The notes under the pieces are model-generated. The model ran no database searches and was not told the origin of the DNA. It saw only the letters and a list, made by a program, of their open reading frames with translations. The position numbers and the translations under genes were made by a program. A DNA stretch of 64,000 bases. Source: Camelus dromedarius (taxonomy: Eukaryota). The stretch spans positions 40,860,001 through 40,924,000 of the forward strand of contig NC_087447.1 in the NCBI RefSeq assembly GCF_036321535.1. Reading direction: 5' to 3'. Below, piece by piece: positions 50,932 through 64,000 of this stretch (positions are counted from its first letter, which is position 1; every line of letters begins with the position of its first letter).

Positions 50932-52689
50932 GTAGGAGGCCCTCGTGGGATGGGTTTCTTGGGGGGTGGTGGGAAGACAAACAAACCAACATGAGACTAA
51001 ACCCTTCTTCCCATGGGACAGCCGGAGTCTTGTTTGCCATACTGGAGTGAGCTGTCAACCCCCGGAGAGACCAGATGTTAAAGAAAAGGGGCTGGCTGAG
51101 GGGCACTGAGGCGTGTCTTACCCCCCCCATCCCAGGTCAGCATGCTTGAAGGCAGGCTTCTTCCCTTCAGCCCCCAGTGTCCTCATTCTATATGAGGAAA
51201 TTGGACCGAGTGGCTCCACGGTTCGTCCATCCTCCCAGGTCTTCAGCTTCTCTGGCAATAGGTATTTCCTGGTCCTGAATTACAAATATCCCAGTAATCA
51301 CCAAAAACCACAAAATACACCTTAAACTCCCTGGAGACTGGATTCAAGCTTCTCCAGTGAACCTTTGACCAGACCAATAAGGAATGTCCATATGCCTTTG
51401 GGATTTCTTGAGCCATACGGAGGGGGATGGGCTACACCCTCACAGGGACCCTCAGGAGAAGAGACCTGTCCTGGACATTTTTAGGCTGTTCTCACCTTCA
51501 CAGAACCTCATCATTGCCTGCCACTGTACTCTAGCCCTCTAGTCACCTATACTTAAGGAACGCGAGAGAGAAAGCAATGTTTCTTTGGTAGTTTTGTTCA
51601 GCCTTGCTGTGTGTCATATGCAAATGACCTTGGACCACTGGGGTTGGGAGAACCCAACAGATGCCAGCCACAGGACCCCCACCTGCTTGCCAGCCGGTCT
51701 GCCTGAAGATCAATGCTTATGTTGCATTTTATGTGAAACAGAGCTGTTGACTGCGTGACCCCCTGCTTTCCTCCCAAGGCCATGGCGTCCCCTCAGGAGT
51801 CCTGTAGAAAGCCTCTGCTCTCTCTTCCTAATAGGGAAATGATTGATCTTTGCTTAAAGTTTCTGTGTGAAGGCCCTTTTCCCTGATCTCTCCACCAAGC
51901 TAATGTTGCTCAGGCTAAGTGATTAAGAAAGTAGGTGGGGCCATGGGTTTAGCCAATTCCTGCCTACGACCACTAGGGGAAGGGGGCTTGGGTTGGGTTG
52001 CAGACTCCTACCACCAGTGAGATTTCAGCAGTTGGGAGGAAGCATGAGGAACCAAGGAGGACCAGCGGGAGAGGGAGTACAGCCAACCCTAATGAACCAG
52101 CCCCGAACGCATCCCTGACAGTGGGAGTGTTTCTAGGGAAACGGTGGTGCCTTCTAGACCCATCTGTGGCTGTGGGTGTTGGATCACAGCATTCTGGGCA
52201 GGTTGCTGAGCCCCGCTGTGGGTGTCCTCTGATAGCAAAATGTTAAGCACACTTGGAAACTCCCCAGGTGCTCACCAGTGAAGCAGTGTGGACCCCCAGG
52301 TTCTGCAGAGGCCTGGGGTTCTGTCCACACTCTGGTCCCCCTTCTCTCTGCACCCCAAAGCTGCAAAGCCCTCTCCCCATTGCATCTGCCAGATACTGAA
52401 ATAGACAGCAAATCCAAAGTATAGTAGAGAACTGAGTGAGTAAAAATAATTGGAAAATGAAGAAACTCAGTGTCTGTCTGTGACTCCTAGGTGGATAGTT
52501 CAAACCAAGTCAAGTGGGTGGGGGTGGGGTGACACAAGGAAGGCAGATGAGAGGTGGACGGGTCCAGGGTAAAGCCCTAGGAGGAGAAGGAAAGGGTCAA
52601 TGTGTTTCCTTTTGACCCCTCTGTTTGCTTCTACGTCCAGACTCCCCCTCCTGCCTCTTTCAGACTTGTTGGAAGAGTCAGCACTTTGC

Positions 52690-54150
52690 CACCTCATTCA
52701 CTTCTCAAGTCCCATCCCAGTACTACCTCGGAGCTACTTTTGACAACACCATCATGGGCCTCCTAGCTGCTGGATGTAATGGACATTTTAAAGTCTTTAA
52801 CCTGCAGGATTCCACCTTTCCGCTGAAACTCTTTTCTCCCTTGGATCCAGGATTCCACACCCCAGAACATCCTCATCTCTCCGATTGCGCCTAACTCCTT
52901 GTGGGCAACTCTTACTTCCAAAGGATGCTGAAGTGCTCCCCAGGGAGCCATCCTTGGCCACCTGCTCTCACGATACGCATCTCATGATACCCCATCTGGT
53001 CTTGGGTTCTGCACCCCATGTATTTTGAGGACTTTCTAATGAATCTCTCTAGCCTGATTTCTGCCTTTAGCTTCAGCTGCACATCTTCTCCTGGCTGTTC
53101 CCACAGGCACTTCAGACTGAATCTGACCAAAACGGAATACTTTTTTCCCCCAGATCTGCATCTGTTCTTATTCTCTGTCTAAATGCGTGATGCCACCATC
53201 TGCCCAGACGTGTGAGCTTAACACTGAGCATCTTCCTTTAATCCTCTTCTCTCTCCGTCCCTATTCCCAGTCCATCACTGAGCCCTCCTTTCCGTTCCCC
53301 CTACTTCTCAGCTCAGGCCTCGTCTCTTCTTCTGCAACAGCCTCTGACTGGTTTCCCTGGCTCAAGCGTAAGCCCCTCAAATCTATCCTCCATGCTATCC
53401 AAAGTTATCTTTTTAAAAAAACTCACAGTGACCATGTCATTGTCCTGCTTCAGATCTTTAAATGACTCTCCACGTGCACAAGACCAGGCCCAAAGTCTAG
53501 TGTTGGGCATGGATCCCAGGTTTCTCCTCTGCCCACCTCTCCAGCCCCACTGCCCACCGTCCTTGTTTTGGAGTCTCCGCAGACAGCACGGACTAGGGGA
53601 ACCGCCCTGAGCTCCCTGCCCACACCATGCTGTTTGTCGCCTTTGTGTGTTGGCCCATTTTGTCCTCTCTGCTTGGAATTCCTCCCCAAACCTCTTCCCC
53701 AGCCTCCACCCTCACCAATTGTCCTCCATCCTTTTAGACTCAGCTCCAGTGACCTCTTCTCTAGAAGTCAGCCCCAGCTGGGGAGAATGCCCCTTTTCAC
53801 CTGCATGTCTCTGTTGTGGCATCACCACCCTGGAAAAGAATGTTCTGTTATCTGTAAGTCCCTCTCTCATTAGACCACTGGCTCTCAAATTTGGCTGAAC
53901 TTTAAAATCACTTGGGCTCTACCCCAGAGACTATGATTTAATTGGCTTGGAAGGGGAATGAGGGATCCTTTTTGGGCGGGGAGGCAGGGAGCTCTTGGAG
54001 ATTTTAATGTCCATCCAGGGCTATGAACCACTGCCCTAGACCCTCGGCTCCTGAGGACAGATTGTGTTATTCATATTTGTGTCACCATGCCTAGCGCAAT
54101 GTGGGTCACATGGTCAGGGCTCAGCAAAACCTCATGAATGCTGCTTAACA
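52690..54150 (+). mobile_element. Long L2 fragment interrupted by a MER5-like hAT element (~53872-54037)
   Basis: cccacaggcacttcagactgaatctgaccaaaac..., ending gtgtcaccatgcctagcgcaatg. The insert begins cactggctctcaaatttggctg and ends gaaccactgc. Confidence 0.7.
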
Positions 54151-55423
54151 AACAAATCTGCTGGCCATGTGTGTGATCCCTTTCTCCCTTGGTCAATGGC
54201 TCCTAAAAGCAGATCTACAGACCAACTACATCAGAATCACTTGGAGGCCTTTTTAAGTGACATAGTCTCAGCCTCAGAAATTCTGATGAGTAATTGTATA
54301 TTGGTGTCAGAATCTGTATAAGGCTCTCCAGGTGCTGGTTTGGGGAAGCCACATTCTGGGAGCAGGAATTTAGCTAATCATCCTCATCTTCCAAAATTCA
54401 CCTTTAGCATCACCTACTCCAGGAAGCCTTCCTTGACTGCTCTCCTCCCCTTCCCCATCCTCCCAGCCATCTCACACCATGAGATGGACCAGTGGCTGCT
54501 CTTCCATTCTCCCTTAGCATTCTCTGCTTCCCTCCATGCTTCACACTATGGGTAGAGAGTCTGCTTACTTGTCTGAATCTTCCAGACTCTCCTTTCAGGC
54601 AGACTGTGACTTCTTCCTATGTGTATGCATGATGCTTAGGACAGTGCCTTTCATGTACCAGGCACTCCGTAAAGACGAGTTGACAAAGAAAGAAGAGGGA
54701 GGAAATGTGGATGCAGCACCCCTCCATGTTTTTCCCAGGAGTTTTCCCAGCTGCCCTTGATGTGGTGGCATCTCAGTACCTCTGCTCAACCACAGGCAAA
54801 CCTATTCTTGATTTACTGAACCTTTCGTCTGCAGCATCCCAACTGCAAAAGTAGAGCTCGAGCCCTTCAACCCAGCCTAGTGGCTGCTTGGAGAATTAAA
54901 GAAGTGAGTATGTAGAATGGCTTTGATCAGTGCTCGGCAAATAGAAAGCGCTAGATAAGTGTTAACTCTTGTTGATGTGATTGCCTGCACCCTCTGCATT
55001 CCGGCCCCAGCTTTAAAATGCCCTTGCCAGGCAGTCGGCCTCCCTTGCCGCCTTCTCTGCAGAGTCCTTCCCGGGCCGCGCACTGAGCGAAACTGGCGCT
55101 CTCACCTGCTCCCTTACCACATTCTGTCCCAAGCATTTGGAAAGCCGGAGGAACCTCCAGCTGGCATCCTCTACTTTAATTGAAAATCCGTGTGCTTATC
55201 AACAAACAGAAAGTCAGTGTGCGGCAAAGCATCAATATTTTCTTACACCGGGTGGGGGAACTTTAGACTCGCCCCTGCTTCCTCTTGCCCGAAGACGGGC
55301 TGAGTGCCAAGGATGACTCACCACGGTTCTTAGGCGGCAGCACTTCTTTAGGTTTGGCTGCAAGGAATTTTGTGTGTCTGCGCACACCCGCAGGAACACT
55401 GGACAGCTTTCTGTGTGGCTAAG

Positions 55424-55834
55424 TATATTAGTGTCCTGGGGCTGCCAAAACAGATGGCCCCAAACTGGGTGGGAATATGTCTTCTCGCAGTTCTGGAGGC
55501 CAGAAGCCCAGAATCAAGGTGCTGGCAGGGTGGTGCTCCCTCCAAAGGCTCTGGGGGTGGACCCTTCCCTGCCTTGTCCAGCTTGTGGTGGCTCTTGGTG
55601 TTCCCTGGCTTGTACGTGCATCATTCCATTCTCTGCCTCTGTCTCTGTGTCTCCAGGTGTCCAAGCCTCCTCTCCTTTCTCTTGTAAAGATTTAGGCTCA
55701 TCCTAAATCCAGAATGATTTCATCTCGAGATCTTTGATTAATTATATCCACAAAGACACTATTTCCAAATAAGTTCACATTCAGAGGTTCTGGGTGGACA
55801 CAGTTTTGCAGAGGACACTATTCAACCCTCTGCA
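55424..55834 (-). mobile_element. MaLR solo LTR (MLT1)
   Basis: cagttctggaggccagaagcccagaatcaaggtgctggcaggg...ggacactattcaaccctctgca; perfect 5-bp TSD CTAAG on both sides. Confidence 0.88.
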
Positions 55835-56667
55835 CTAAGTATTTGGCTAAGAGGGAAGATACATTTATTGTTTTCTAGTAATAAGGGTCAAGGTGACCTT
55901 CTCTGAGAATGTTTGCTTATTTCTCAATTTCTGTCCCCTGCTCTGAAAAAGACTTTGATGCAATTGACAATAAACACACTGATGTGCTGAACCACTAAAA
56001 TGGAAGGCCAAAGTCCGTTAATAAACAGGAAGCGGAAAGGGACATGGTATCTAGAAACATAAGCTAAACAAAGCTCTGGTTCTTGAGTCTCCTAGAAGTT
56101 AAAGTAGAGGTGGACCTGGATGGATTTTCTCTCTCCCACCTTTGATTAGATCATAAAGACAGAGACAAACTTTCCCTTGATCCAGAGCATAGAAAGGAAG
56201 TTTTCTTATGGGAACCCAGGATTTTAGAAAAACACAAAGCCCTTCCTGAGACAGGGTCTTGTACTGACTTTCTGTAAAAGCTGAGAAAGGGTTAATTTGT
56301 CATCATATAAATGCAATTACAGCATGAAGAGGGAAGGCCTGGGTCCAGCTTTGTGATATAAGGATAAAGTGCAGAGAAGTTTAAAGAGTTACTACTTGAC
56401 GGGTGTCTTGGGTAGGGAGAGGGGTGAGCAGGTTACTTTTATCCTCAGTTGCTATGTTCACTATTTCATAGGTATTTTCTCAACTCCATCTCATCAGTAT
56501 GGTTCAGGCACACGTTAGGCTAAGGGCACAGAGATAAGGAGGGTATGTTTCCTGATCGTAAGGGAGCTGGGAGCCAGCAGAGAAAGGCCAAGTAGCAGTT
56601 GCTGGGAGGGCTCTGGGCAGGAGCCAGGGAGCAGACCAATCACAGGTAAGTCATTCAGAAGTACACA

Positions 56668-57343
56668 GATTCCTTAAAAAACTAAACATAGACACCCTGT
56701 GATCCAGCAGTCCATCTCCTGGGCATCTGTCTGGAGGAAACTCTGATTAGAAAAGATACACACACCCCAGTGTCCATAGCAGCACTATTTACAACAGCCA
56801 AGACATGGAAGCAACCTAAATGTCCATCGACAGATGACTGGATAAAGAACATGTGGTATATTTATGCAATGGAATATTACTTGGCCATAAAAAAGAATGA
56901 AATAGTGTCATTTGCAAAAACATGGATGGATCTAGTGATCGTCATTCTAAGTGAAGGAAGCCAGAAAGGGAAAGAATAATGCCATATGATATCACTTATA
57001 TGTGGAATCTAAAAAATACAGGCACAAATGAATTTATTTACAAAACAGAAATAGACTCACAGATATAGAAAACAAATTTATAGTTACCAGGGGGAAAAGG
57101 GGGTGGAAAGGGATAAATTGGGAGGTTGAGATTTGCAGATACTAAGTACTATATATAAACTAGATAAACAACAATCTTCTACTGTATAGCACAGGGAACC
57201 ATATTCAATATCTTGCAGTAACCTATAATGAAAAAGAATATGAAAAGGAACATATGTATGTACATGTGTGACTGAAATATTACACTGTACACCAGAAACT
57301 GGCACAACATTGTAAACTGACTGTACTTCAATTAAAACAGAAA
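56668..57343 (+). mobile_element. 5'-truncated young L1 3' end (camelid-type)
   Basis: Encodes the ORF2 C-terminal remnant (SIAALFTTAKTWKQPKCPSTDDWIKNMWYIY) plus 3' UTR; TSD AGAAGTAC(A/T)CA at 56657-56667 and 57344-57354. Confidence 0.93.
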
Positions 57344-58856
57344 AGAAGTACTCAAAAGGTATATCCTCCTGAAATTTCACCCTCAGAGTCTGAAAGTTAA
57401 ACCTTCAGGCTGTGGCAGGTTCAAATTTTTATATTATCTGAACTCTGGTGGGCAAAAATAAATGTATTTCTTCTATATCTACACTTTGTTTTTACTTAAG
57501 TCCCTGTTGTCTGATATCAAAAAATGTGTTTTTGTCCAGATACATGCAACAGCCATCTTCGTGGCTTTTCTCAGACATTTCAGACTTCATTCAGTATTTT
57601 CCCAACTCCAGTAACTTGATCCCAGAGTTGATGGTAGAACCAGGGCATGATTCGCACTGTCAGCACGTGGACCACAGCGTCAGTGGCAGAGAGCTGTGCT
57701 TCCCCGTCTTCTTCTGTCTCTGCTCTGGGCTGGTGTCTTATGAGATACCATGTGCCCCATCTGGTCCCTGGCTCCATGGTGTCATCCTCTGAGGTGTCAC
57801 CAGTCTCCAGCTGATCCCTAGCTGAGGGGGTCCCCTCCTACCCTCTGCTGTGGCATCAGCTCTTTCTCAGCTGATTCGGTACCCTGCTCAACAGCTGTAG
57901 TGCAGACCCAGGGCTTCTGCTCTGCTCAGGGCCACTAGAAACATGGGGGCTTCTCTCTCGCTCTCACTCAAGGACACATCCATGTCTCTGTGACTACTGC
58001 TTGCCTGCTACACCTCGATGGCTCAGGGGCCACCTCCCTGCTACACCTGGCAAGTGAGGGGCACAGTACTGTCTATGCTAAGCATCCGAGGCTTAAAGAG
58101 AGAGGCTACTTGTCCCACAGGGACTTAGTCTTAGGATTTAGAAGGGCAGGCTTTTGCAAATGCCCAGGGTAAGGTTAAAAGCGCAAACTCCAGACCCAGG
58201 CTGATTGGGTTCAGCTCTCAGCTTCACCATTTATTAGCTGTGGGACTTTGGGCAAGTCACCCAAGAGGCCACTGAACCTTTGTCTCAACTCCTCATCTGT
58301 AAAATGAGGATTATATTGTGCTACCTCATAGGTTTAAATGGGACAATATACATATATAAATATAAGTAAATAAATATAAATATATATGCCTGTCCCGTAC
58401 AGAAGAGAGCCCAGCATGTGGTGTTACAGAAGCCTTAGCTGACGTTTACTAGGAATAGCATTAGAGCTGGCATCACTTCACCTTCCCTCTCCCTCTCCCC
58501 CCGCAGCTCAAGAGTCTCTCATCTTCTCTCCTGAGGGAGGGAGAACCTTACTCAGACTGTATTCTTCCCATTTCTTTCACTTCTACCCAGACTACAGCTT
58601 TTTGTTTCTATTAGTTTAAAATATAAGGATTTGGCGTCTCTATTTTCGAAGGCCTGTGATGACAGTCCCCATCAATGCTGATCTCATGTCTCACAGACCA
58701 AATGGGGACGGTTATGGGGCCAAGGTACATGTGGGGAAAGGCAGGAGTTAGGGAGTAAAGCCAGATCGTCCCTTTACCAGAACCGTGGTTGGGGAGGTTC
58801 GGGGAGACGCTGTGCCCTGGTGGTGGCTGCATGTGTGCACTTGCATCCCTGTGCAG

Positions 58857-58994
58857 GACTCAGGAATCGACATCGGGGACATCACGGCAAGGAAGGCCCT
58901 GAGAAAACAGCTGCAGTGCAAGACTTTCCGGTGGTACCTGGTCAGCGTGTACCCAGAGATGAGGATGTACTCGGACATCATTGCCTACGGGGTG
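58857..58994 (+). CDS. GALNT18: GALNT18 coding exon (~exon 8, 138 nt, phase 0->0): DSGIDIGDITARKALRKQLQCKTFRWYLVSVYPEMRMYSDIIAYGV
   Basis: Acceptor ccctgtgcag|GAC; donor GTG|gtaagg. The GD...R..LR..L.CK.F.WYL..VYPE motif marks the end of the catalytic domain. Confidence 0.97.
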
Positions 58995-61900
58995 GTAAGG
59001 AGCCAGTTCCTCGGGGTTTCATCCAGGCACAGAGAGAACAGGACCAGAGAGAGGTGTAGAGAGCCAGAGGGGACACGAGCCTCCTGGCCTCCCGTAGGGG
59101 ACCTGCGGTACACCCATGAACAAGAGGCTGGTTTCTGGAGCCGCAAGTGAGGCGTTGAGGCAGCGAATGCTTTCTCAGCACAAACCTCTCCATTCCCTTG
59201 AGAGAAATGTTTAGTCTTTCCTTTATAGTCCAGAGCAATTCAGTTCTAGCCCCAAACCTTCATATCTCACTTAATAAAACAAAAACCTGCAGTTAGGTTA
59301 AGATTGCAAAGCAACGTTACAAGCACCCACTGTTGCCCCAGCTTGGGTGCCTGAGGTTCCATCAACCAGCCCGCATGCCTCCCCCACCCCAGGGGCTGTG
59401 CCCTCCACTCACACAGAGCCTCCTGGAAAGGAGCTCTGGGAAATACGACCTTCTTGGCTTCACTGTATTTTGAGGGATGTTTTGGTAACGCCTGTTGCTT
59501 GGCACCAAGCAGCTCCCCCCAGTGAAGACAGCAAGACCAAAGGGCAGAGCAGAGGGTTAGGATCCAGATGGACCTGGTTCTAAACTTGACCTGCCACTTC
59601 CTGGGCAAGTGTCTGAATGTCTATGGGCCTTAGTTTCTTCATATGTTAAGTGGGGGTAAAATAACACTGTCCTCATAGGGTAGAAGAAAGTCTAAAATGT
59701 ATAAATGTATTTTGTGTCTAAGGTTAACTTTGAACACGATAGACTCTCTCATTCTTCCAGTATCCCCAGGACCACACAACTCTTAAGGGATTCTAAATAC
59801 CTGATTGATTTTTGGATATCTCACTTGGTTTTTGCTGACTGAACACATAAAGATTTTGACAACATTTAAGCCCTCAAAACTACCCCTTGGGGCTACCTAG
59901 CTTACCCCCGCCCCTGCTGTGTTACGGATGGGGAAACAGAGAGGCAAAGCAACTTGCCCTTGTTCACACAGGTAATCAACAGTGAAACTGAGTCTAAAAC
60001 ATCAGCTTCTGCTCTCACTCTGATTCCTCCCTTTGGAGAGTGTCCCCTCAGACCTTTTTGATATCCTAGGATGAAAACTTGAAGGCAGACCCGAGGTCTC
60101 TTCCTCTGATGACCTGTGGTCAGAACCGAGTTCAAGGCCTGTCTCGCGTGAATGCGATGGGCACAGCGTCAGCCTGGGAGGGGAAGAATCCTTGCGGAAC
60201 GATCAGCCTCAGTTTTCGCATCTCTAACATCCTAGGATTCTCAAGGAGACACAGCCGAGTTCCCAGGAACTCCTTCCTTCCCACTCACCTGCAGGGGCTC
60301 TGTTGTCCTGGAGGCCAGCCTGTAGGAGGGGGTCACATCCTCCCACAAGAGTCCCCATGGCGTGGTTAACATGTCCTTACGGAACCACTTAGTAGTCTCT
60401 TGCCTCTCCATGTCTCAGGCTGGTATTTAAAACTCCTCAGCTGGCGCTGCCCAGCTCTGACCTGTCATCACCATGGAAACACACTGGACTGTGAGGTGCC
60501 CATCAGGCTCATCTGACTCTCCAGAACTGTCCTGAGGACACAGCTGCTCCTGGTGTCCATAGCAAGTTGTATGGGTTGCTTGGCCACTGTTGGACCCAGT
60601 CCAAAGAGATTAGCTATGCTACTGTGGCTCCAGAAAAATTCCTGTCCCCAGACTTCTGGGAGCCAGGGCAAGCTTTTGGATTCATGGTCTCACCAAGCTA
60701 TCAGCTGTAGCTAGATGCTATTAGCCAAACCTAGCCCGAGAGGCAGGGAGAGCCGTAACAGTGGAGGTGCATGCATGCAGCCATTGCAATTCTGGGTCAC
60801 AGCCAAAGGCACCTTGTCTTCCAAGCAAAAGGGTCTCATCTTATGAACACATACAGCAGGTTTACCCTGTAGCCCCCTCACCACCACCCCCAGAAACTTG
60901 GGTTTGTCAGATAGTGAGCAGCTATCCAGACTGTGACCTAGATCTGTCCACGTCCACAGCTGGGGCTGTTCCCACTCTGTCCTGCTGAAAAGCCGTCCAC
61001 TCCTCATCCCAGAGGGCTGAGCCATGTCAGCCGTTCCTGAGGCTGGCAGAGGTCGCCCACCCCCTGTTCATCTGCCAGCTGCTGTTCAGGGCCCAGCCCG
61101 CGCCTCCCCCCATCCTCCCTCCTCCACGGGCTGGGCTCTTACATGAGCAGAGACACACTTGCTTGTCAAGGAGCGGAATGAGCTCTTAATGGGGAAAGCA
61201 GGGTGACAGTGGGCGAGGCAGGATGCAGCACACAAGTAAGAGGCTCTCTGGGGCTGAGGCTTTCTTCCTGGTGGTTTTTTTTTTTTTTTTTTTTTTGTAA
61301 TGGAGAGACCAGATGTCTTCTCTGGGGAAGGTGTCTTTTTTCTTTCTTTTCCTTCCATTTCATGCCTAGACTGCATTGCTCAGGTCTCATAACCCCCCAG
61401 GACTCTCAATCAGGCCACTTGCAAGTCTGTATAACCCAGCCCATTAATCTAGAAACAGGTGCCGTTAATACCTCCTGCAGGCAGAAGGGCGGGGGCCCCA
61501 CTGTGTGGGCACGGGCATCCCCGGGATCACTGAGCTCCGGGTCTGGGAGACCACACGGCTTTGGATAGGTCTAGCTCTGGTGCTGACAGTAGAGATGGAG
61601 TAGCAGCTGGAAACAGGCATCCCTGGCTTCTGAAAATTAGCGTTGCTATTTAATCACAGTGTGACCTAGACAGTTTACAAAACCTCAAAGGATATAGTCC
61701 CATCACGTCACGGGGCGTCTCTCACAGTCTCAGGATTGTCTCTGTTTGCATGATGGAAAGAACTTGGGCTTTGGAGACAGGCTCTGCCGCTTGTCCAGCT
61801 CTGATGTCATTGCTTCACGTGCTCACTTTCTTCATTCAGTCATCCACACGCACTTACTGGTCACCATGGAGGGTAAACATGGTGCCCTAGGTACGTGGGG

Positions 61901-63139
61901 GCTGGCCCGCGTCACAGGCAGTGAGAAAGCCCGAGACCTGGTCTGGTGACTCAGAGAGGGGACAGGCAAGTGAAGAAGTGACAGGAATACAGTGCATAAG
62001 AGCTGCAGTCAGAGAGGTGGAGGCGCGGCAGCCTCACTCCCAGACGTGGGTCAGGAGAGGCTTCCAGAGTGACAGAGATGCTGAGAACCACAGGAAGAGG
62101 GGGATTCAGTCAGGCAAAGAGAAGGCCAAGGCAGCGGGTCTGTGCAGTGGGAACAGCAGCACAGACCGAGAGGGGAGGCGGAGCTTCGTCCTCTGACACA
62201 CTTCCTGTGTTACAGGAAAGAGACAATAAGAGAGATATTATTACCGACCTGGCTGAGTTGTTTTGAGGATTAGGTGGGATAACACAGAGAAAGCATTTCT
62301 TCATGTACCTGGCACATAGGTGCACTCATAAAAGCAAGTTTCCCTGAACGGCTTTCAGGAAGTTCCCGGCAGTAATGATAGCAGCTAACGGTTATTGCAC
62401 GTTTGCTGTCTGCCAGGCCGTGTGCTCAGCACTTGTAGACATTGTTTCAGTTAATCCACAGACCTGTGAGGTTGGCACTGTTATTATCCCTGTTTGAGAG
62501 AGAAGGAAGCAGACAAGGAGTGATGTTGCTTTGTCCAAGCCCACAGCTGAAGCCAGGATTCCATCTCAGTCTGTCTCCCCCAACTTCCTCAACAAACCAC
62601 TGCTTAATGGGGGGGGGGGGGGTGGGAGGACCTTATCAAAAGATACTTTTACCCACCCTTCAGTCAGAGGCTGACTTTGGGAACCCAGAGGACTATAAGC
62701 TGCTCTTTCCAAGGGCTGAGAGTGGGCTTAAGCCAGAAGGGGACATTGAATATTGGCTTTCCTACCTAGACATGGTAAGACATTGGTTCATGGTACCTAG
62801 ACATCTGTTCTGCTCATTGCCATGTTCTTGTAGATGAGTATAAGCGATAACTCTCCCTTCTCCTGCTCCCACTCTGGCCCCCTCCCCTCTTATTCTCCTA
62901 CCAGACCTCCCACTCTAGAGAACCCTCATCAGCTGGGCATCTGCTGGGGCCTGGCCAAATGGCTGGGTCTGCAGGAAGCAGAGAAAATCTGATCCCAAAG
63001 TTTGCCCCAGGTCCAAAAACAGCTGACTCGTTGCCTACTTCCCCCAACACTTAAGAGCAAAGACTTCTGTCCAGGGAATTCTGAAGGCCATTGTGCCAAC
63101 CCTTGTACACATGGAAGGGGTGAAAAATCTAGCACCATC

Positions 63140-63140
<1 letters not shown>

Positions 63141-63179
<39 letters not shown>
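63141..63179. repeat. (TG)n microsatellite, about 19 units
   Basis: Uninterrupted tgtgtg run about 280 bp upstream of the last exon. Confidence 0.95.
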
Positions 63180-63181
<2 letters not shown>

Positions 63182-63455
63182 ATCTTATATTTTTACCTAG
63201 ACTGTCTCAGTTCCCCAAACCTAGCTTGCTGTTTAATAAAATTCAAATGTGTCTCCTTCAAAGGAGGCTGGTCTTCCCTCAGCATTTTGTACACGGCAAA
63301 AGCTGGTGTTTGTTGGTTTCCATAGTAGTCAAGGGGCCTTGGGTTGATTATGGAAGTGGAGCCTGTCTCAGTGGAATGTTTGTTTATCCTGATTTAATGC
63401 ATTTGTTTCTCTGTTCCTTTTTCTTTGCTGTGGCCACCTGTCCTCTGATGTTCAG

Positions 63456-63551
63456 CTGCAGAACTCTCTGAAGACTGACTTGTGTCTTGATCAGGGTCCA
63501 GACACAGAGAATGTTCCTATCGTGTACATCTGCCATGGGATGACGCCCCAG
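63456..63551 (+). CDS. GALNT18: GALNT18 coding exon (~exon 9, 96 nt, phase 0->0): LQNSLKTDLCLDQGPDTENVPIVYICHGMTPQ
   Basis: Acceptor gatgttcag|CTG; donor CAG|gtgagt. CLD...CHG pattern of the ricin-type lectin alpha repeat. Confidence 0.95.
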
Positions 63552-64000
63552 GTGAGTGCTCTGAGAGCTCTCCGTGCCAGGGGTGTGCACGTGTGTGTTG
63601 GTGCGGGGAAGGAAAAGCTCAAGTCCGTCATGGCTACTCTGGGCCCAGGGGCCCTGGGAGTTTTTCTTTAGGAAGTATCCTCATGAGTGAAAAAGTGAGT
63701 CATACCTGCCATGCCCCAAAGGAGTCTGAAGAACAGATGCTGGGGTGCCAGGATCCTCTGGGGTGGGGAGCAAGGGAGACGATGCATCTCTAAAGAGGAA
63801 CACCTGCCTTCTTTGGGGAGACTGTGGGTAAATTATAGTCCTGGCTCTGGCAGCCATGACTTTCCCCAGAAGAAGGGAGCCCAAGGGTTTCCCCAGGCTC
63901 CCTGACTTCTCAGAGTCCTTTCACAGACTTCAGGCTCTGCCCTTGAGTAGATCATAGCTGATACCAAAATGTATAGCCACGAGATCCTTTCTAGCTCTTC

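Larger units (their letters stand above)
1..64000 (+). other. GALNT18: Internal part of the GALNT18 transcription unit; first and last exons lie outside the window
   Basis: Six phase-compatible exons translate to a continuous GalNAc-transferase sequence that I recognise as GALNT18. No start or stop codon exon is present. Confidence 0.95.

Noticed and set aside
56770..56979. ORF resembling a protein C-terminus (WKQPKCPS...WYIY)
   Set aside because: L1 ORF2 remnant in a truncated copy, not a host gene.

Overview
This is mammalian genomic DNA, not microbial. The whole 64 kb lies inside GALNT18 (GALNTL4, polypeptide N-acetylgalactosaminyltransferase 18) on the + strand. Six internal coding exons (917 nt; probably exons 4-9 by recalled human numbering) splice with canonical GT-AG sites into one open frame. 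They cover the DxH and YGGEN parts of the catalytic domain, the linker and the start of the ricin-type lectin domain. The rest is intronic and rich in repeats: young tRNA-derived SINEs and L1 3' ends that look camelid, plus older L1, L2, MIR, MaLR/ERVL LTRs and Tigger/hAT DNA transposons. I found no CRISPR array, RNA gene or second protein-coding gene, and no convincing new biological system. The best leads are modest and inferential: a candidate 21-nt poison microexon, inverted L1 ends flanking exons, a candidate recursive splice site, several enhancer-like non-repeat blocks and a ~245-bp polypyrimidine tract. Repeat family names and boundaries were recognised by eye and are approximate. Exon boundaries were counted base by base.
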